Shown: positions 43,190 through 53,432 of the stretch, piece after piece | Position numbering within the stretch: the first letter of the stretch is position 1 | Layout: the number at the start of each line of letters is the position of its first letter | Assembly: GCA_949487135.1 (NCBI GenBank) | Contig: CATAJQ010000029.1 | Coordinates: forward strand, 51,256-115,255 | Length of the DNA stretch: 64,000 nt | Source: Cellvibrionales bacterium UBA7375 | GTDB taxonomy: Bacteria > Pseudomonadota > Gammaproteobacteria > Pseudomonadales > Porticoccaceae | Direction: 5' to 3' | Made by a program: the position numbers and the translations under genes | The notes under the pieces: generated by a model | The model's database searches: none | What the model saw: the letters and a program-made list of their open reading frames with translations, nothing else | Told to the model about the DNA's origin: nothing

Positions 43190-43804
43190 ATGAATTTTTG
43201 GAACATTGCTAGTTGGCGCCTGGGAATTAAGCGCAATCCAATCGTCGCACTTCTAATGCTGGGTTCCATTGTTGGTGCGGGTATTGTAGAAATAAGTCCA
43301 TCTCTGACTAATACGCTTTTTTTTGCACACCCAGATACGGGTCAATACTTGCGAATGATAAGCCCTATTTTTTTACACTTTGGCCTATTACATCTGGTAT
43401 TTAATTGCTTATGGTTGGGTTTGTTGGGCTCTAAAATTGAAACCCATATGGGCTCGATTCATTTATTATTAATCGTTTTAGTGAGTGGCGTGGCCTCGAA
43501 TATGTCTCAATACTACTGGTCGGGCACAGTTTATTTTGGTGGTATGTCTGGGGTGATATATGCTCTTTTAGGCTACCTTTGGATTAAACATATGATTGCA
43601 CCGCAATACTATGCACCATTGCCCAGTGGTTTAATGGGTTTTATGGTGGGTTGGTTAGTGCTGTGTATGACCGGTGTTTTAGAAGTTGCCCTTGGAATAG
43701 GCGTAGCGAATGCCGCCCATTTAAGTGGTTTAGTTGCTGGGCTTTTGATAGGGCTAGTGTTTTCGCTCAAAACATTGGCCGTCAGTAAAAATAGTGAAAA
43801 GTGA
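43190..43804 (+). CDS. Rhomboid family intramembrane serine protease (GlpG-like, membrane domain only)
   Basis: HFGLLHLVFN, GGMSG (catalytic Ser) and ANAAHLSG (catalytic His). Confidence 0.9.
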   Translation: MNFWNIASWRLGIKRNPIVALLMLGSIVGAGIVEISPSLTNTLFFAHPDTGQYLRMISPIFLHFGLLHLVFNCLWLGLLGSKIETHMGSIHLLLIVLVSGVASNMSQYYWSGTVYFGGMSGVIYALLGYLWIKHMIAPQYYAPLPSGLMGFMVGWLVLCMTGVLEVALGIGVANAAHLSGLVAGLLIGLVFSLKTLAVSKNSEK

Positions 43805-43810
43805 ATATTT

Positions 43811-44056
43811 ATGGATCTTCAGCAGCTTTTAAATAGTATTACGCCTGACATCTACCAGCAGTTACAAAAGGCGGTAGAGATTGGTAAGTGGCCCGATGGT
43901 CGCAGTATTAGTGAAGAGCAGCGTTCGCTGTGTATCCAGGCGATTATTGCCTATGATCAGCGCAACCCCGTAACTGAAAGAACCGGCTATGTTCCACCCA
44001 AAGAGTCTGCCTGCGCCCCAGAGGATAAACCTAAGCCAATAAAGTGGGATCATTAA
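43811..44056 (+). CDS. YeaC/DUF1315 family protein
   Basis: ITPDIYQQLQKAVEIGKWPDGR motif. Confidence 0.88.
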   Translation: MDLQQLLNSITPDIYQQLQKAVEIGKWPDGRSISEEQRSLCIQAIIAYDQRNPVTERTGYVPPKESACAPEDKPKPIKWDH

Positions 44057-44883
44057 TGTCTATTTCTGTATCCGGTCATCTGGCAAAAATGCAGGTTGAG
44101 CTCAATGAGCAGGTGCAGTATTTTTTGCCGCTAGATGATCATCGTGAACCGCTAAATGCTTTTCTCGGCAAACCTATACGTTTGGAATATCTGGGAGATA
44201 TTCACTGTACTCACTGTGGGCGACGCTCTAAGAAAAGTTTCAATCAGGGATACTGCTACCCCTGTTTTACTAAATTACCTCAGTGTGACACCTGTATTAT
44301 GAGCCCGGAAAAATGCCATTATGAGCAGGGTACCTGTCGCGATCCAAATTGGGGAGAACAGTACTGTTTTACCGATCACTATGTTTATCTAGCTAATAGT
44401 TCTGGGGTAAAGGTTGGGATCACGCGAGGCTCTCAGGTGCCGACGCGTTGGATAGATCAGGGTGCAACTCAAGCAATGCCTATTTTTCGTGTAAAGTCGC
44501 GTTATCAGGCGGGACTAATCGAAGACTGCCTGCGCGACCATGTTGCTGATAGAACTCACTGGCAGAAGATGCTTAAGGGAAATTCAGAGGCGGTAGATTT
44601 AGAGCAAATTCGCGATGAGATCATTGCCAAGTCAGAGTCTGGTCTTCGCGAGATTGAGCAAAAATTTGGTCTATTAGCGATACAGCGGCTCTATCATCAA
44701 AAGGTGGTGAATATTAATTTCCCAGTATTGCAATTTCCTGAAAAAGTTAAAAGCTTAAACTTTGATAAGCAACCTATAGTCGAAGGGGTTCTTCAAGGTA
44801 TTAAAGGTCAGTATTTGATTCTGGATACTGGCGTTATCAATATTAGAAAATTTACTGCATATAATGTGCAGTTTTCAGCATAA
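44056..44883 (+). CDS. DUF2797 family protein
   Basis: Cys clusters (CTHCG, CYPC, CDTC), HYVYLANSSGVKVGITR and RWIDQGA. ATG overlaps the yeaC TAA. Confidence 0.85.
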   Translation: MSISVSGHLAKMQVELNEQVQYFLPLDDHREPLNAFLGKPIRLEYLGDIHCTHCGRRSKKSFNQGYCYPCFTKLPQCDTCIMSPEKCHYEQGTCRDPNWGEQYCFTDHYVYLANSSGVKVGITRGSQVPTRWIDQGATQAMPIFRVKSRYQAGLIEDCLRDHVADRTHWQKMLKGNSEAVDLEQIRDEIIAKSESGLREIEQKFGLLAIQRLYHQKVVNINFPVLQFPEKVKSLNFDKQPIVEGVLQGIKGQYLILDTGVINIRKFTAYNVQFSA

Positions 44884-44899
44884 ATAAGGCGCAAATACT

Positions 44900-47533
44900 G
44901 TGAGAGATGCAACACCGCAAACCATCTATCTAAAAGACTACCAAGTCCCCGAATTTCTAATTGATAAAACCAGCTTGGTTTTTGATTTAAATGATGAGTA
45001 CTGTCATGTCAGTAGCGAGCTGTCAATTCGTCGCAACCCCAGTAGCAAATTGACCTCAGCGCCGTTAATTCTGCACGGTGGTACTGAGTTGGATTTACAG
45101 CAGATTAAAATTGATGGTCATAGTATCTCTTCAAGTAATTATAAGCGTACTGATGATGGCTTAGTCATTGATCACTTGCCAGATAGCGCTGTCATTAGTA
45201 TTGAAGTACTTATCAAGCCCCACCTAAACACCACAATGATGGGGTTATACAAGTCACGCACCATGTACTGTACCCAGTGTGAGGCTGAGGGCTTTAGGAA
45301 TATAACTTTCTATCTTGACCGCCCCGATGTAATGTCAGAGTTTACTACCCAGTTAATTGCCGATAAAAAGCAATTCCCAGTATTGTTATCCAATGGCAAT
45401 GCGTTTGAGCAGGGGGAATTAGAGGATGGTCGGCATTTTGCGATTTGGCACGATCCCTTTAAAAAACCGGCCTATTTGTTTGCCCTAGTGGCGGGCAATC
45501 TCAGTGTGGTTGAGGATCGTTTTACCACCTGTAGTAATCGTGAAATTTTATTGCAGATTTTTGTTGAACAAAAAGACCTCAATAAATGCGATCACGCCAT
45601 GCTGTCGTTAAAAAACTCTATGCGTTGGGATGAACAGGTCTACGGCCGTGAATATGACCTTAATCGCTTTATGATTGTTGCAGTAGACGATTTCAATATG
45701 GGCGCGATGGAGAATAAAGGACTTAATATCTTTAACACCTCTGCCGTATTAGCCAACCCAAAAACTACTACGGATGCAGCGTTCCAAAGGGTTGAGGGAA
45801 TTGTGGCTCACGAGTACTTCCACAATTGGTCAGGTAATCGAGTGACCTGTAGAGATTGGTTTCAGCTTAGCCTAAAAGAGGGCTTTACCGTTTACCGAGA
45901 CTCACAATTTTCAGCCGATATGAACTCGCCAGTGGTTAAGCGTATAGAAGATGTGGTCTATCTGCGTACCCATCAGTTTGCTGAAGATGCCGGTCCTATG
46001 TCGCATCCCGTTCAGCCCGATGCCTATATGGAAATTAATAATTTTTATACCCTTACCGTGTATGAGAAGGGTGCAGAAGTAGTAGGGATGATTCACAGCC
46101 TCTTAGGTGATGAAAAGTTTCGACAGGGCAGTGATCTGTATTTCTCCCGTCACGATGGCCAAGCCGTTACTATTGAAGAATTCGTTGGCGCCATGGAAGA
46201 AGTCAGTGGCAAAGATCTTAAACAATTCCGTCGCTGGTATAAGCAATCTGGCACCCCTCAGGTAGAGGTAGAGAGTCACTATGATGCTCAGGCAAAAACC
46301 TATAGCTTAAGCTTTAGCCAAAGTTGTCCCGCAACCCCGGGACAAAGTCATAAGCAGCCATTTGTTATCCCAATTAAATTGGGTCTAGTAGGTGCTGATG
46401 GCGAAGATTTAGTACTCAATAAGCAGGGTGAGCGAAGTATTGTTTTTTCACTCTATGATACAAGCCAAACGCTAGTATTTGAAAATATACAACAGCCACC
46501 AGTGCCATCACTATTGCGCGGTTTCTCCGCACCCATCAAGCTTAATTATGCTTATACCAGTGCCCAACTAGCCCATTTGATGGCGCATGATTCTGACGGA
46601 TTTAATCGTTGGGATGCAGGGCAGAAACTATGCCTACTAGTGCTAAATAAACTGATTGATGATGCTATAGCGGGTCGCGAGCTAATTATGGATCAACAGC
46701 TTATTCGCGTGTTCAGCGATTTACTCGCCGATCACAGTTTAGACCCGGCCATGGTTAATCTGATGCTGCAACTGCCCAGTGAGGCACAATTGCATGAACA
46801 GGCAGAAACCATTTATGTAGAGGCTATTCATCACGCGCGTGAATTTGCTCGAGAGTCTATAGCTTCCGCACTACAACAGCAGCTACTGGAAACCTATCAG
46901 CGACTAACCGACCCACAAGCCTACGCGCCAGAAGCCACGCAAATAGGTAAGCGTGCCTTGCGTAACTGTGTGTTAGGTTATCTAATGCAGGTCGAAGCAG
47001 TGGGGCCAGAACTAGCTTGGCAGCAATTTAACCAGGCTAGTAATATGACTGATAAAGCGTCATCACTTAGTGCCTTAGTCAACTGCAAAACGGCGCAAAC
47101 ATATTGTCATCAAGCTTTAGAATCATTTGAGCAAGAATATGCCGATGAAACTCTGGCTATGAATCTATGGTTACAGATACAGGCTACCAGTAAGCTGATT
47201 AATGGTCTCGATCGGGTTAAAGCGCTAATGGCGCACCCAGCCTTTAGTATTAACAACCCGAATAAAGCCAGAAGCCTATTAGGCGCATTCTCTAGCGCTA
47301 ATCCGATTAATTTCCATAATCCAGATGGCTCAGGCTACCGTTTTTTACAGCAACAAATCATTGCACTTAATGCGCTTAACCCTCAGGTGGCGGCGCGTTT
47401 GGTAACGCCATTAACGCGATGGAAAAAACTACCCGAGCCCAATCGTCAACTGATGCGCGAAGCACTGGACACAATTGCTAACCATAAGGGGTTGGTTAAG
47501 GATATTCAGGAGATAGTGACTAAATCGTTATAG
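44900..47533 (+). CDS. pepN: Aminopeptidase N (M1)
   Basis: TQCEAEGFR, GAMEN and HEYFHNWSGNRVTCRDWFQLSLKEG. Confidence 0.97.
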   Translation: MRDATPQTIYLKDYQVPEFLIDKTSLVFDLNDEYCHVSSELSIRRNPSSKLTSAPLILHGGTELDLQQIKIDGHSISSSNYKRTDDGLVIDHLPDSAVISIEVLIKPHLNTTMMGLYKSRTMYCTQCEAEGFRNITFYLDRPDVMSEFTTQLIADKKQFPVLLSNGNAFEQGELEDGRHFAIWHDPFKKPAYLFALVAGNLSVVEDRFTTCSNREILLQIFVEQKDLNKCDHAMLSLKNSMRWDEQVYGREYDLNRFMIVAVDDFNMGAMENKGLNIFNTSAVLANPKTTTDAAFQRVEGIVAHEYFHNWSGNRVTCRDWFQLSLKEGFTVYRDSQFSADMNSPVVKRIEDVVYLRTHQFAEDAGPMSHPVQPDAYMEINNFYTLTVYEKGAEVVGMIHSLLGDEKFRQGSDLYFSRHDGQAVTIEEFVGAMEEVSGKDLKQFRRWYKQSGTPQVEVESHYDAQAKTYSLSFSQSCPATPGQSHKQPFVIPIKLGLVGADGEDLVLNKQGERSIVFSLYDTSQTLVFENIQQPPVPSLLRGFSAPIKLNYAYTSAQLAHLMAHDSDGFNRWDAGQKLCLLVLNKLIDDAIAGRELIMDQQLIRVFSDLLADHSLDPAMVNLMLQLPSEAQLHEQAETIYVEAIHHAREFARESIASALQQQLLETYQRLTDPQAYAPEATQIGKRALRNCVLGYLMQVEAVGPELAWQQFNQASNMTDKASSLSALVNCKTAQTYCHQALESFEQEYADETLAMNLWLQIQATSKLINGLDRVKALMAHPAFSINNPNKARSLLGAFSSANPINFHNPDGSGYRFLQQQIIALNALNPQVAARLVTPLTRWKKLPEPNRQLMREALDTIANHKGLVKDIQEIVTKSL

Positions 47534-47551
47534 CTTGAGAAATAGTCACTC

Positions 47552-49231
47552 TCAATTAGGGTAGAGCGGCTTAAGCTGAGTGCCTCGACTACTAGGATGA
47601 TTATTTGTGCCAGAAAAGCTTTTTAAGCATTTAATAATTTCCGCTGTATCAACCTCTATACTGTTGTCGTTATCTGATTTGAATAAACCCTGATCCAAAA
47701 GCCCAAACTGCTGTTTTAATTCTGGATTAGCCATTAAATCGGCTAACTGATTTAAAGAGCGCGGTGGCTGTTGCGAGAATACCTCTGCACCCCAAAGTAA
47801 AATACTATCGCGCATCGCGGCTAAATTATTATCAGCCGCCTGTTTGGCTATCTGATTTAGCCGTTGCTTGGCATTGGGTAGCCTAGTTATTTCTTTAGTC
47901 ATTGGCTTAGTCGGGTCATTTCGTCGCAAATATAAAAGCCCGACAATCACAGCAATTAGTAGTGCATTTAGGGTTAGCGACCAATGGGTGAGCTGACACA
48001 CAGCAGGGGGATTAACAGCAGTTTCAGCGCTTGTGGTTAGGTTAATAGCCGGACTATCTTCAATGCTAATTTGCGGCGAAGTAGTTGCTGCGACAACGGT
48101 AAAAATTTTCTCAGGCAACCGGCTTGTTTGTATACGATTATTGACTGTATCCCACCACTTTAACTCAATCGCCGGCAAGCGCAATTGACCTTCTTGGTTG
48201 GGCACTATAGCGACACTTTCTGCGCGCACACCTAAGATGCCGCGATTGGTTTGCTTGTCCTCTAGTACAGCTTGATCGGGGTACAGCTTAAGCCCAGTAT
48301 TTTCTATGCTGGGTAGGGGCTGAATTTGTGAAGCAGTTAAACCTAATGCGGTCATTTTAATAGTTCGGGTAATAGGTTCACCGGCAGTGAGGGTGTCGGA
48401 TGAATCACTCCAAGATTCCTCTAATGTAACTTGGCTACTGGGTAACCAGTTAGCAGCACTAATATGACTGGGTTTAGGCAGGATATCAATGGTCTTTTCT
48501 TCGGTCAGACGCACCAAGCGATTTCCCCTAGAAAAGAAACCACCAAATTGTGAGCCGCTAGTTTCAAATGCGCTAAATCGTTGTTGTGGAATACTCAGCT
48601 TGCCCACAGACTGGGGGAAAAGCGCAAACTTAACTTCAATAATCGAGTAATTTTTACCATTAATACGTTTGTTAAAGCGCTCTTCTGAGACTTGCTGGAT
48701 AATCGCATCGGGAATATCAAATTCAGAGATAGAAATATCCTGAAGCGGCAACGAGTAGTGCAGGCGGTGCGTCAGCATTATCTGTTCTTGAATATAGGCA
48801 GAATCCTTATCGATAGAAGTTTGAATAAACACTGGCTGATTAGCCCCAGCGGCAGGGTTGGTATTAGCCGCTCGAACCACAATACTAATTGCTTTACTGG
48901 TGTCACCATTAAAGTTCAACGCAGGAATTGTCAGGCGTCCCTGTTTCTTGGGAAGCAGTAATAGCTTCCAGTCAGTCGACGATTTTTGCTCCCCATTAAT
49001 CCATGAATACTGCTGTTGTCGACTATTAGAGATAATCTCAAAATCACTCTGTAATTGGCTAAAATTAGGCTCGCCATTACTCGATTTACCAGAATAGGTC
49101 ACTGTCAGTTGTAGTGTTTCATTGCTTTCAATTTGGGTTCTATCGACCTGTGAGCTTAACGATGCCCAGCTAGGTGCCGCCAAAAGAATAAGGACAATAG
49201 TTAAAATACTGTTTTTAAATGATCTATTCAT
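47552..49231 (-). CDS. BatD family protein
   Basis: Signal peptide, repeated Ig-like segments and WWDTVN motif; last gene of the MoxR-vWA operon. Confidence 0.85.
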   Translation of the reverse strand: MNRSFKNSILTIVLILLAAPSWASLSSQVDRTQIESNETLQLTVTYSGKSSNGEPNFSQLQSDFEIISNSRQQQYSWINGEQKSSTDWKLLLLPKKQGRLTIPALNFNGDTSKAISIVVRAANTNPAAGANQPVFIQTSIDKDSAYIQEQIMLTHRLHYSLPLQDISISEFDIPDAIIQQVSEERFNKRINGKNYSIIEVKFALFPQSVGKLSIPQQRFSAFETSGSQFGGFFSRGNRLVRLTEEKTIDILPKPSHISAANWLPSSQVTLEESWSDSSDTLTAGEPITRTIKMTALGLTASQIQPLPSIENTGLKLYPDQAVLEDKQTNRGILGVRAESVAIVPNQEGQLRLPAIELKWWDTVNNRIQTSRLPEKIFTVVAATTSPQISIEDSPAINLTTSAETAVNPPAVCQLTHWSLTLNALLIAVIVGLLYLRRNDPTKPMTKEITRLPNAKQRLNQIAKQAADNNLAAMRDSILLWGAEVFSQQPPRSLNQLADLMANPELKQQFGLLDQGLFKSDNDNSIEVDTAEIIKCLKSFSGTNNHPSSRGTQLKPLYPN

Positions 49232-51022
49232 TTACCAACGCTCTTGCTGATTAGGTGGTGGTGGACTTCGTTGTTCATTAGCCCGTTGCTGTGATTGATG
49301 GCGAAATTTTTGCCGCAATAAGCCACCCGGATCGTCGGGTACGCGGCGCAACCATTGCTGTAGTTCTTGCTGTTGCTGTTCTTCAAGTTTTTCCTGTTCT
49401 GACTTCTGCATTTCGCTTAACTGTTGTTCAGCAGATTCTTGATCTTGCTGTTGTTCTAAGTCTTGTTGAACAGCCTCAGATTCAGCCTCTTGTTCAGCCT
49501 CTTGTTCAGTCTCTTTTTGGTTAGATTGCTGCTGTTCGCTCTCTTTAGATTCGGCATCCTGAGACTGGCTATCTTGAGACTGACTATCTTGAGATTGACT
49601 GTCCTGCGACTGATCTTGAGATTCGCCGTCCTGATCCTGTTGTTGCTTTAGCTGTTCGATAAGTTTTTTATTGGCTATTGCATCCTGCATATCGGGCTGT
49701 AATTGAAGCGCCTGATCATAAGCCGCTATGGCTTTATCAAGTTCACCCATATGAGCCAATGAATTGCCGAGATTATAATAATCATCTGCACTATCACCCT
49801 CTTTGAACAGCTCTGCGGCGCTATCATAATCAGCATTTTTGTAGGCGGCACTAGCTTGCCATTGTGGGTCTTTAAATAAGGATTGAGCCATTTCGGCATC
49901 ACCATTTTCAAGAGCGTTCTGCCCCTGTTGATCAGCTGTATACCAAAGGTCATGCCAAATTGAGGCTTCAGTGGGCGCTGAGGTCAAAAGGCTAGGCGCT
50001 AGAATAACTACATACACTGCACCTTTACGAAAGCTTGCGAACAGCAGTGGCAGTAATAAAAATATCAGCCAAAAACCACGGTCTTGCCAAATATCAAAAG
50101 ACCGATCATTTATTTCGCTAGTATTGGGGAATTCTTGCTCCATAGCCGCAGTAATAGCTAGAACATCAGTATCATTATTGGCAATACTGAAATAACGACC
50201 ATTGCCTAGATTAGCAAGTTGCTTAAGCGATGATGGGTCAAGTCTTGGCAGTATAATGCTATCGTTTTGATCCTTTACAAAACCGCCATTACCCAGTGGG
50301 ATTGGTGCACCCTGTGATGTGCCCACACCTAAAATATGTAGGCGAACACTAACTTCTGATAACTGAGAAGAGATATCCCTAAAGGCCGATCTATCAACAC
50401 CATCAGTAATCAGTAATAAATCGGCTTGTTGGTAACCACCATTGGTCACTAGTTCTAAGGCGGTGGCTATGGCGTCCTCAGTATTACTGCCATAACTGGG
50501 TAACAATGTTGGATGTAACGTCGGTGCAAGACTAACAATGGTATTGCTATCCTCAGTGAGAGGTGAAACGGTAAACGCCTCGCCCCCATAAACTACAAGT
50601 CCGCTAAGACCCTGCTTGCGTGCTTTGAGAATATCGATCATTTTGTATCTAGCACGCACCAGTCGACTGGGCGCTATATCTTCCGCAAGCATTGAGGGTG
50701 ATAGATCGAAAACGACTACCAGTGCCGAATCTTCTTTATGCACTGGTTGCGGTAACTGATTCCAAGAGGGGCCGGCTAAGCTCAGGCAAAATAGCAACCA
50801 ACACAGTGCCAAACCACGGTGAAAATATTTAGCATAATGATTAGTCTCTAAGCCATTTTGCATTAAATAGGGTAGAAGGGCAGGGTTGATCACCTTTTCC
50901 CAGTTGCCGGTTTGCTGGTTGATTTTTTTTATAATACCAAAGCACAATACCGCTGGTATTAAGCCTAAAAGCCACAGCGGTCGAATAAAGTGAAAGTCCG
51001 TTAGGAACTGCCAATCAGACAT
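49232..51022 (-). CDS. vWA + TPR protein (BatB/BatC-like)
   Basis: FHFIRPLWL, MIDAS DLSPSM, TPR YNLGNSLA, Gln/Glu-rich linker and WLRRVPDDPGGLLRQKF. ATG at 51022 is preferred over the track start at 51052. Confidence 0.88.
   Translation of the reverse strand: MSDWQFLTDFHFIRPLWLLGLIPAVLCFGIIKKINQQTGNWEKVINPALLPYLMQNGLETNHYAKYFHRGLALCWLLFCLSLAGPSWNQLPQPVHKEDSALVVVFDLSPSMLAEDIAPSRLVRARYKMIDILKARKQGLSGLVVYGGEAFTVSPLTEDSNTIVSLAPTLHPTLLPSYGSNTEDAIATALELVTNGGYQQADLLLITDGVDRSAFRDISSQLSEVSVRLHILGVGTSQGAPIPLGNGGFVKDQNDSIILPRLDPSSLKQLANLGNGRYFSIANNDTDVLAITAAMEQEFPNTSEINDRSFDIWQDRGFWLIFLLLPLLFASFRKGAVYVVILAPSLLTSAPTEASIWHDLWYTADQQGQNALENGDAEMAQSLFKDPQWQASAAYKNADYDSAAELFKEGDSADDYYNLGNSLAHMGELDKAIAAYDQALQLQPDMQDAIANKKLIEQLKQQQDQDGESQDQSQDSQSQDSQSQDSQSQDAESKESEQQQSNQKETEQEAEQEAESEAVQQDLEQQQDQESAEQQLSEMQKSEQEKLEEQQQQELQQWLRRVPDDPGGLLRQKFRHQSQQRANEQRSPPPPNQQERW
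49466..49620. repeat. Imperfect 12- and 15-nt coding tandem repeats in the BatB-like linker
   Basis: Units such as TTCAGCCTCTTG and TGAGACTGACTATCT encode (E)QEAE and SQDSQ repeats. Confidence 0.7.
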
Positions 51023-51971
51023 AGGTCCTCCCAAACTGGCGGACCACAGCAATCAATAAACTCAATATAAAAGCTACACTTAATGGCCAGTGATAGAGAG
51101 AAATCGTGGGGCGTATAGTTTCAGCCTCTTGATCTACCGGTTCTAGTCGATTTAGTTCTTGATAAATTGCATCGAGTTCGGCCGGGTTTCTTGCTCTAAA
51201 GAACTGCCCGCCGGTTATTTTGGCCACTTCAGAAAGTGTTTGCTCATCAAGACCGCTAGCTCCTCTAGCGCCGACACCAATGGTATAGATTTTGACCTTA
51301 GCGCGACTGGCAAGCTGTGCCGCTTTTATGGGCTCAAGGGCACCGGAATTATTGGCGCCATCAGTCAGTAGGATAACCACGCGATGATTTTCTGATCGAT
51401 CCTGTAGCCGCTTTACCGCCAAGCCAATCGCATCGCCTATAGCTGTGCCGTTACTACCGGCAAAACCCAGTTGCGCTTCATAGAGCAATGTCTGTAGGGT
51501 CTTTCGGTCAAAGGTAAGGGGGGTTTGCAAATAGGCCTGCTCACCAAACAAGATTAACCCAAGGCGATCGCCCTCGCGTTGAGCAACAAATTCGCCCACC
51601 ACAGATTTTACTGCCACCAAGCGATTGACTATTTGGCCGCCAATGCGCATATCCCGCTGGCGCATACTGGGCGAAATATCCACGGCAAGCAGTAGGTCGC
51701 GACCACTGGTTGGCAAAGGTACTGGATCGCCAACCCACTGAGGTCTGGATAACGCCAAAAGCGTACACAACCAGCACAGGAAAAGGATTATTTTTAAACC
51801 GGTTGTTAACCATGTTGAACTTTTAAGTGGCGTACTATCCGGGGTTACAAGAGCTAGCATTGTCGGCGCTCTTAACGCATTTAGGCTGTGTTTAATAGGT
51901 TTGCGCCAATATCGATAGATAAGCGGAAGTGGGGCGAGAATAAGCACTAGCGGCCAGAGTAAAGTTAACAT
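51015..51971 (-). CDS. vWA domain protein (BatA-like)
   Basis: LSRPQW, MIDAS DISPSM, FGEQAYLQTPLTFD, TAIGDAIG and LLTDGANN. Confidence 0.9.
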   Translation of the reverse strand: MLTLLWPLVLILAPLPLIYRYWRKPIKHSLNALRAPTMLALVTPDSTPLKSSTWLTTGLKIILFLCWLCTLLALSRPQWVGDPVPLPTSGRDLLLAVDISPSMRQRDMRIGGQIVNRLVAVKSVVGEFVAQREGDRLGLILFGEQAYLQTPLTFDRKTLQTLLYEAQLGFAGSNGTAIGDAIGLAVKRLQDRSENHRVVILLTDGANNSGALEPIKAAQLASRAKVKIYTIGVGARGASGLDEQTLSEVAKITGGQFFRARNPAELDAIYQELNRLEPVDQEAETIRPTISLYHWPLSVAFILSLLIAVVRQFGRTYV

Positions 51972-52459
51972 GGTTTATACGCCAGCTTTGCAATGGGATG
52001 ATGATGTTTAATCCAATAGCGACTTTGGGTTATAAGTTGATCTACCAAGTCAGATGTTACTGATTGGTTTTGGGCATAAAAAAGCTGCTCCCAGTTAGCC
52101 GGAATATCAGTAAACAGCGGTTTAGAGCAGCTACTCTGTAAAAACTGAATAAACTCCCTATTGTTTAGACTGGCAAAATTTTGTTGAGGATAGGCACTGG
52201 TTGCGACCTGTTTAAGTAGCGAAAATAAAGCAATCAATCGTCGGTGTTGATCTGAATTTGGTAGATTTTTTAACGCAACAAGCGCCTGTCTTCGATAGCG
52301 CTGATTAAAATATTGATTTAAACCAAACTGCACTGCGAAATATATAGCCACAATGGCAATAATAGCGACAATCCACCAACCAATGGCAAGCGGCCACCAA
52401 GATACCGCATCGGGTAAATGGATGTCTTTTAATCGAGCTAAGGGATCGCTTGGGTTCAC
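51965..52459 (-). CDS. DUF4381 family protein
   Basis: LKDIHLPDAVSWWPLAIGWW motif followed by a TM segment. Confidence 0.85.
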   Translation of the reverse strand: MNPSDPLARLKDIHLPDAVSWWPLAIGWWIVAIIAIVAIYFAVQFGLNQYFNQRYRRQALVALKNLPNSDQHRRLIALFSLLKQVATSAYPQQNFASLNNREFIQFLQSSCSKPLFTDIPANWEQLFYAQNQSVTSDLVDQLITQSRYWIKHHHPIAKLAYKPC

Positions 52460-52473
52460 TATACTATACTCGA

Positions 52474-53400
52474 CTAATTAAAATTGCGGGCAGAGCGACG
52501 CTTACCATAAGCCTTGGCTAATAGTTGCATCACGGGTTTTGTTGTATCAAATGTTAGTAACCCAGCACCAAGCTGCTCGCAGAGTTTTTGTATAAAATTT
52601 TCCCGCTGGGTAAATTGATGGGTAAAACTATCTCGAAGCTGTTTATCGCTAGTATCAAGAACGACCTGACGTTTACCGTTGGTCACCGAATAATGAGCAG
52701 GTTTAGGAAGTTGTCGCTCTAATTTATCGGTAACTTGGCAAAAATTGATATTGCAGTGTTTTGCCAGAGCATAGAGGTGTGGCTCGCAGGTACTATTGAG
52801 ATCGTGAAAATCACTCACTATAAATACCGTACTGCCGGGAAGGGCAAGCCGGCGTGATTCCTCGAGAATGGTTGCCAAATCCAGTTTATCTTGCTGTGGC
52901 TCTAACAGCGCTTGGCTAAAGTTTTGCAGCCCGCGAATAAATTGCAAAGCACTGTGATGGCTGCGTTTAGGTTTTATTTCTAGCTGATCCTGCGCGCCAA
53001 AAATCACCCCGCCAACACGGTCATTAATGCCAAGGCCGGCCCAAGCAAGGGCGGCAGACACTTCACAGGCAACCACTGACTTTAATCGCTGACTGCCAAA
53101 AAACATCGAGCTTCTTAGGTCAGATATGATAAGAATAGGGCGTTCTCGCTCCTCAATAAATACTTTAGTGTGTGGCACCTGAGTGCGAGCAGTCACTCGC
53201 CAGTCGATACTGCGAACATCATCCCCGGGTTGGTAAAGGCGAACCTGATCAAAATCCATGCCGCGACCGCGAAACTGCGATCTATGCCCGCCGGCTAGCA
53301 TCTGGCGTGCCTGTAATTTTGGGAAATTGGACAATTCTTTGGCCGCATAGCGCAACCTAATTAATTCATTAGAATCAGCTATTGCAGGATTAGATGTCAT
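52474..53400 (-). CDS. DUF58 family protein
   Basis: GRGMDFDQVRLYQPGDDVRSIDWRVTAR motif. Confidence 0.92.
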   Translation of the reverse strand: MTSNPAIADSNELIRLRYAAKELSNFPKLQARQMLAGGHRSQFRGRGMDFDQVRLYQPGDDVRSIDWRVTARTQVPHTKVFIEERERPILIISDLRSSMFFGSQRLKSVVACEVSAALAWAGLGINDRVGGVIFGAQDQLEIKPKRSHHSALQFIRGLQNFSQALLEPQQDKLDLATILEESRRLALPGSTVFIVSDFHDLNSTCEPHLYALAKHCNINFCQVTDKLERQLPKPAHYSVTNGKRQVVLDTSDKQLRDSFTHQFTQRENFIQKLCEQLGAGLLTFDTTKPVMQLLAKAYGKRRSARNFN

Positions 53401-53432
53401 ACCTGAAACCCCATTGATACGTTATACCTAAG

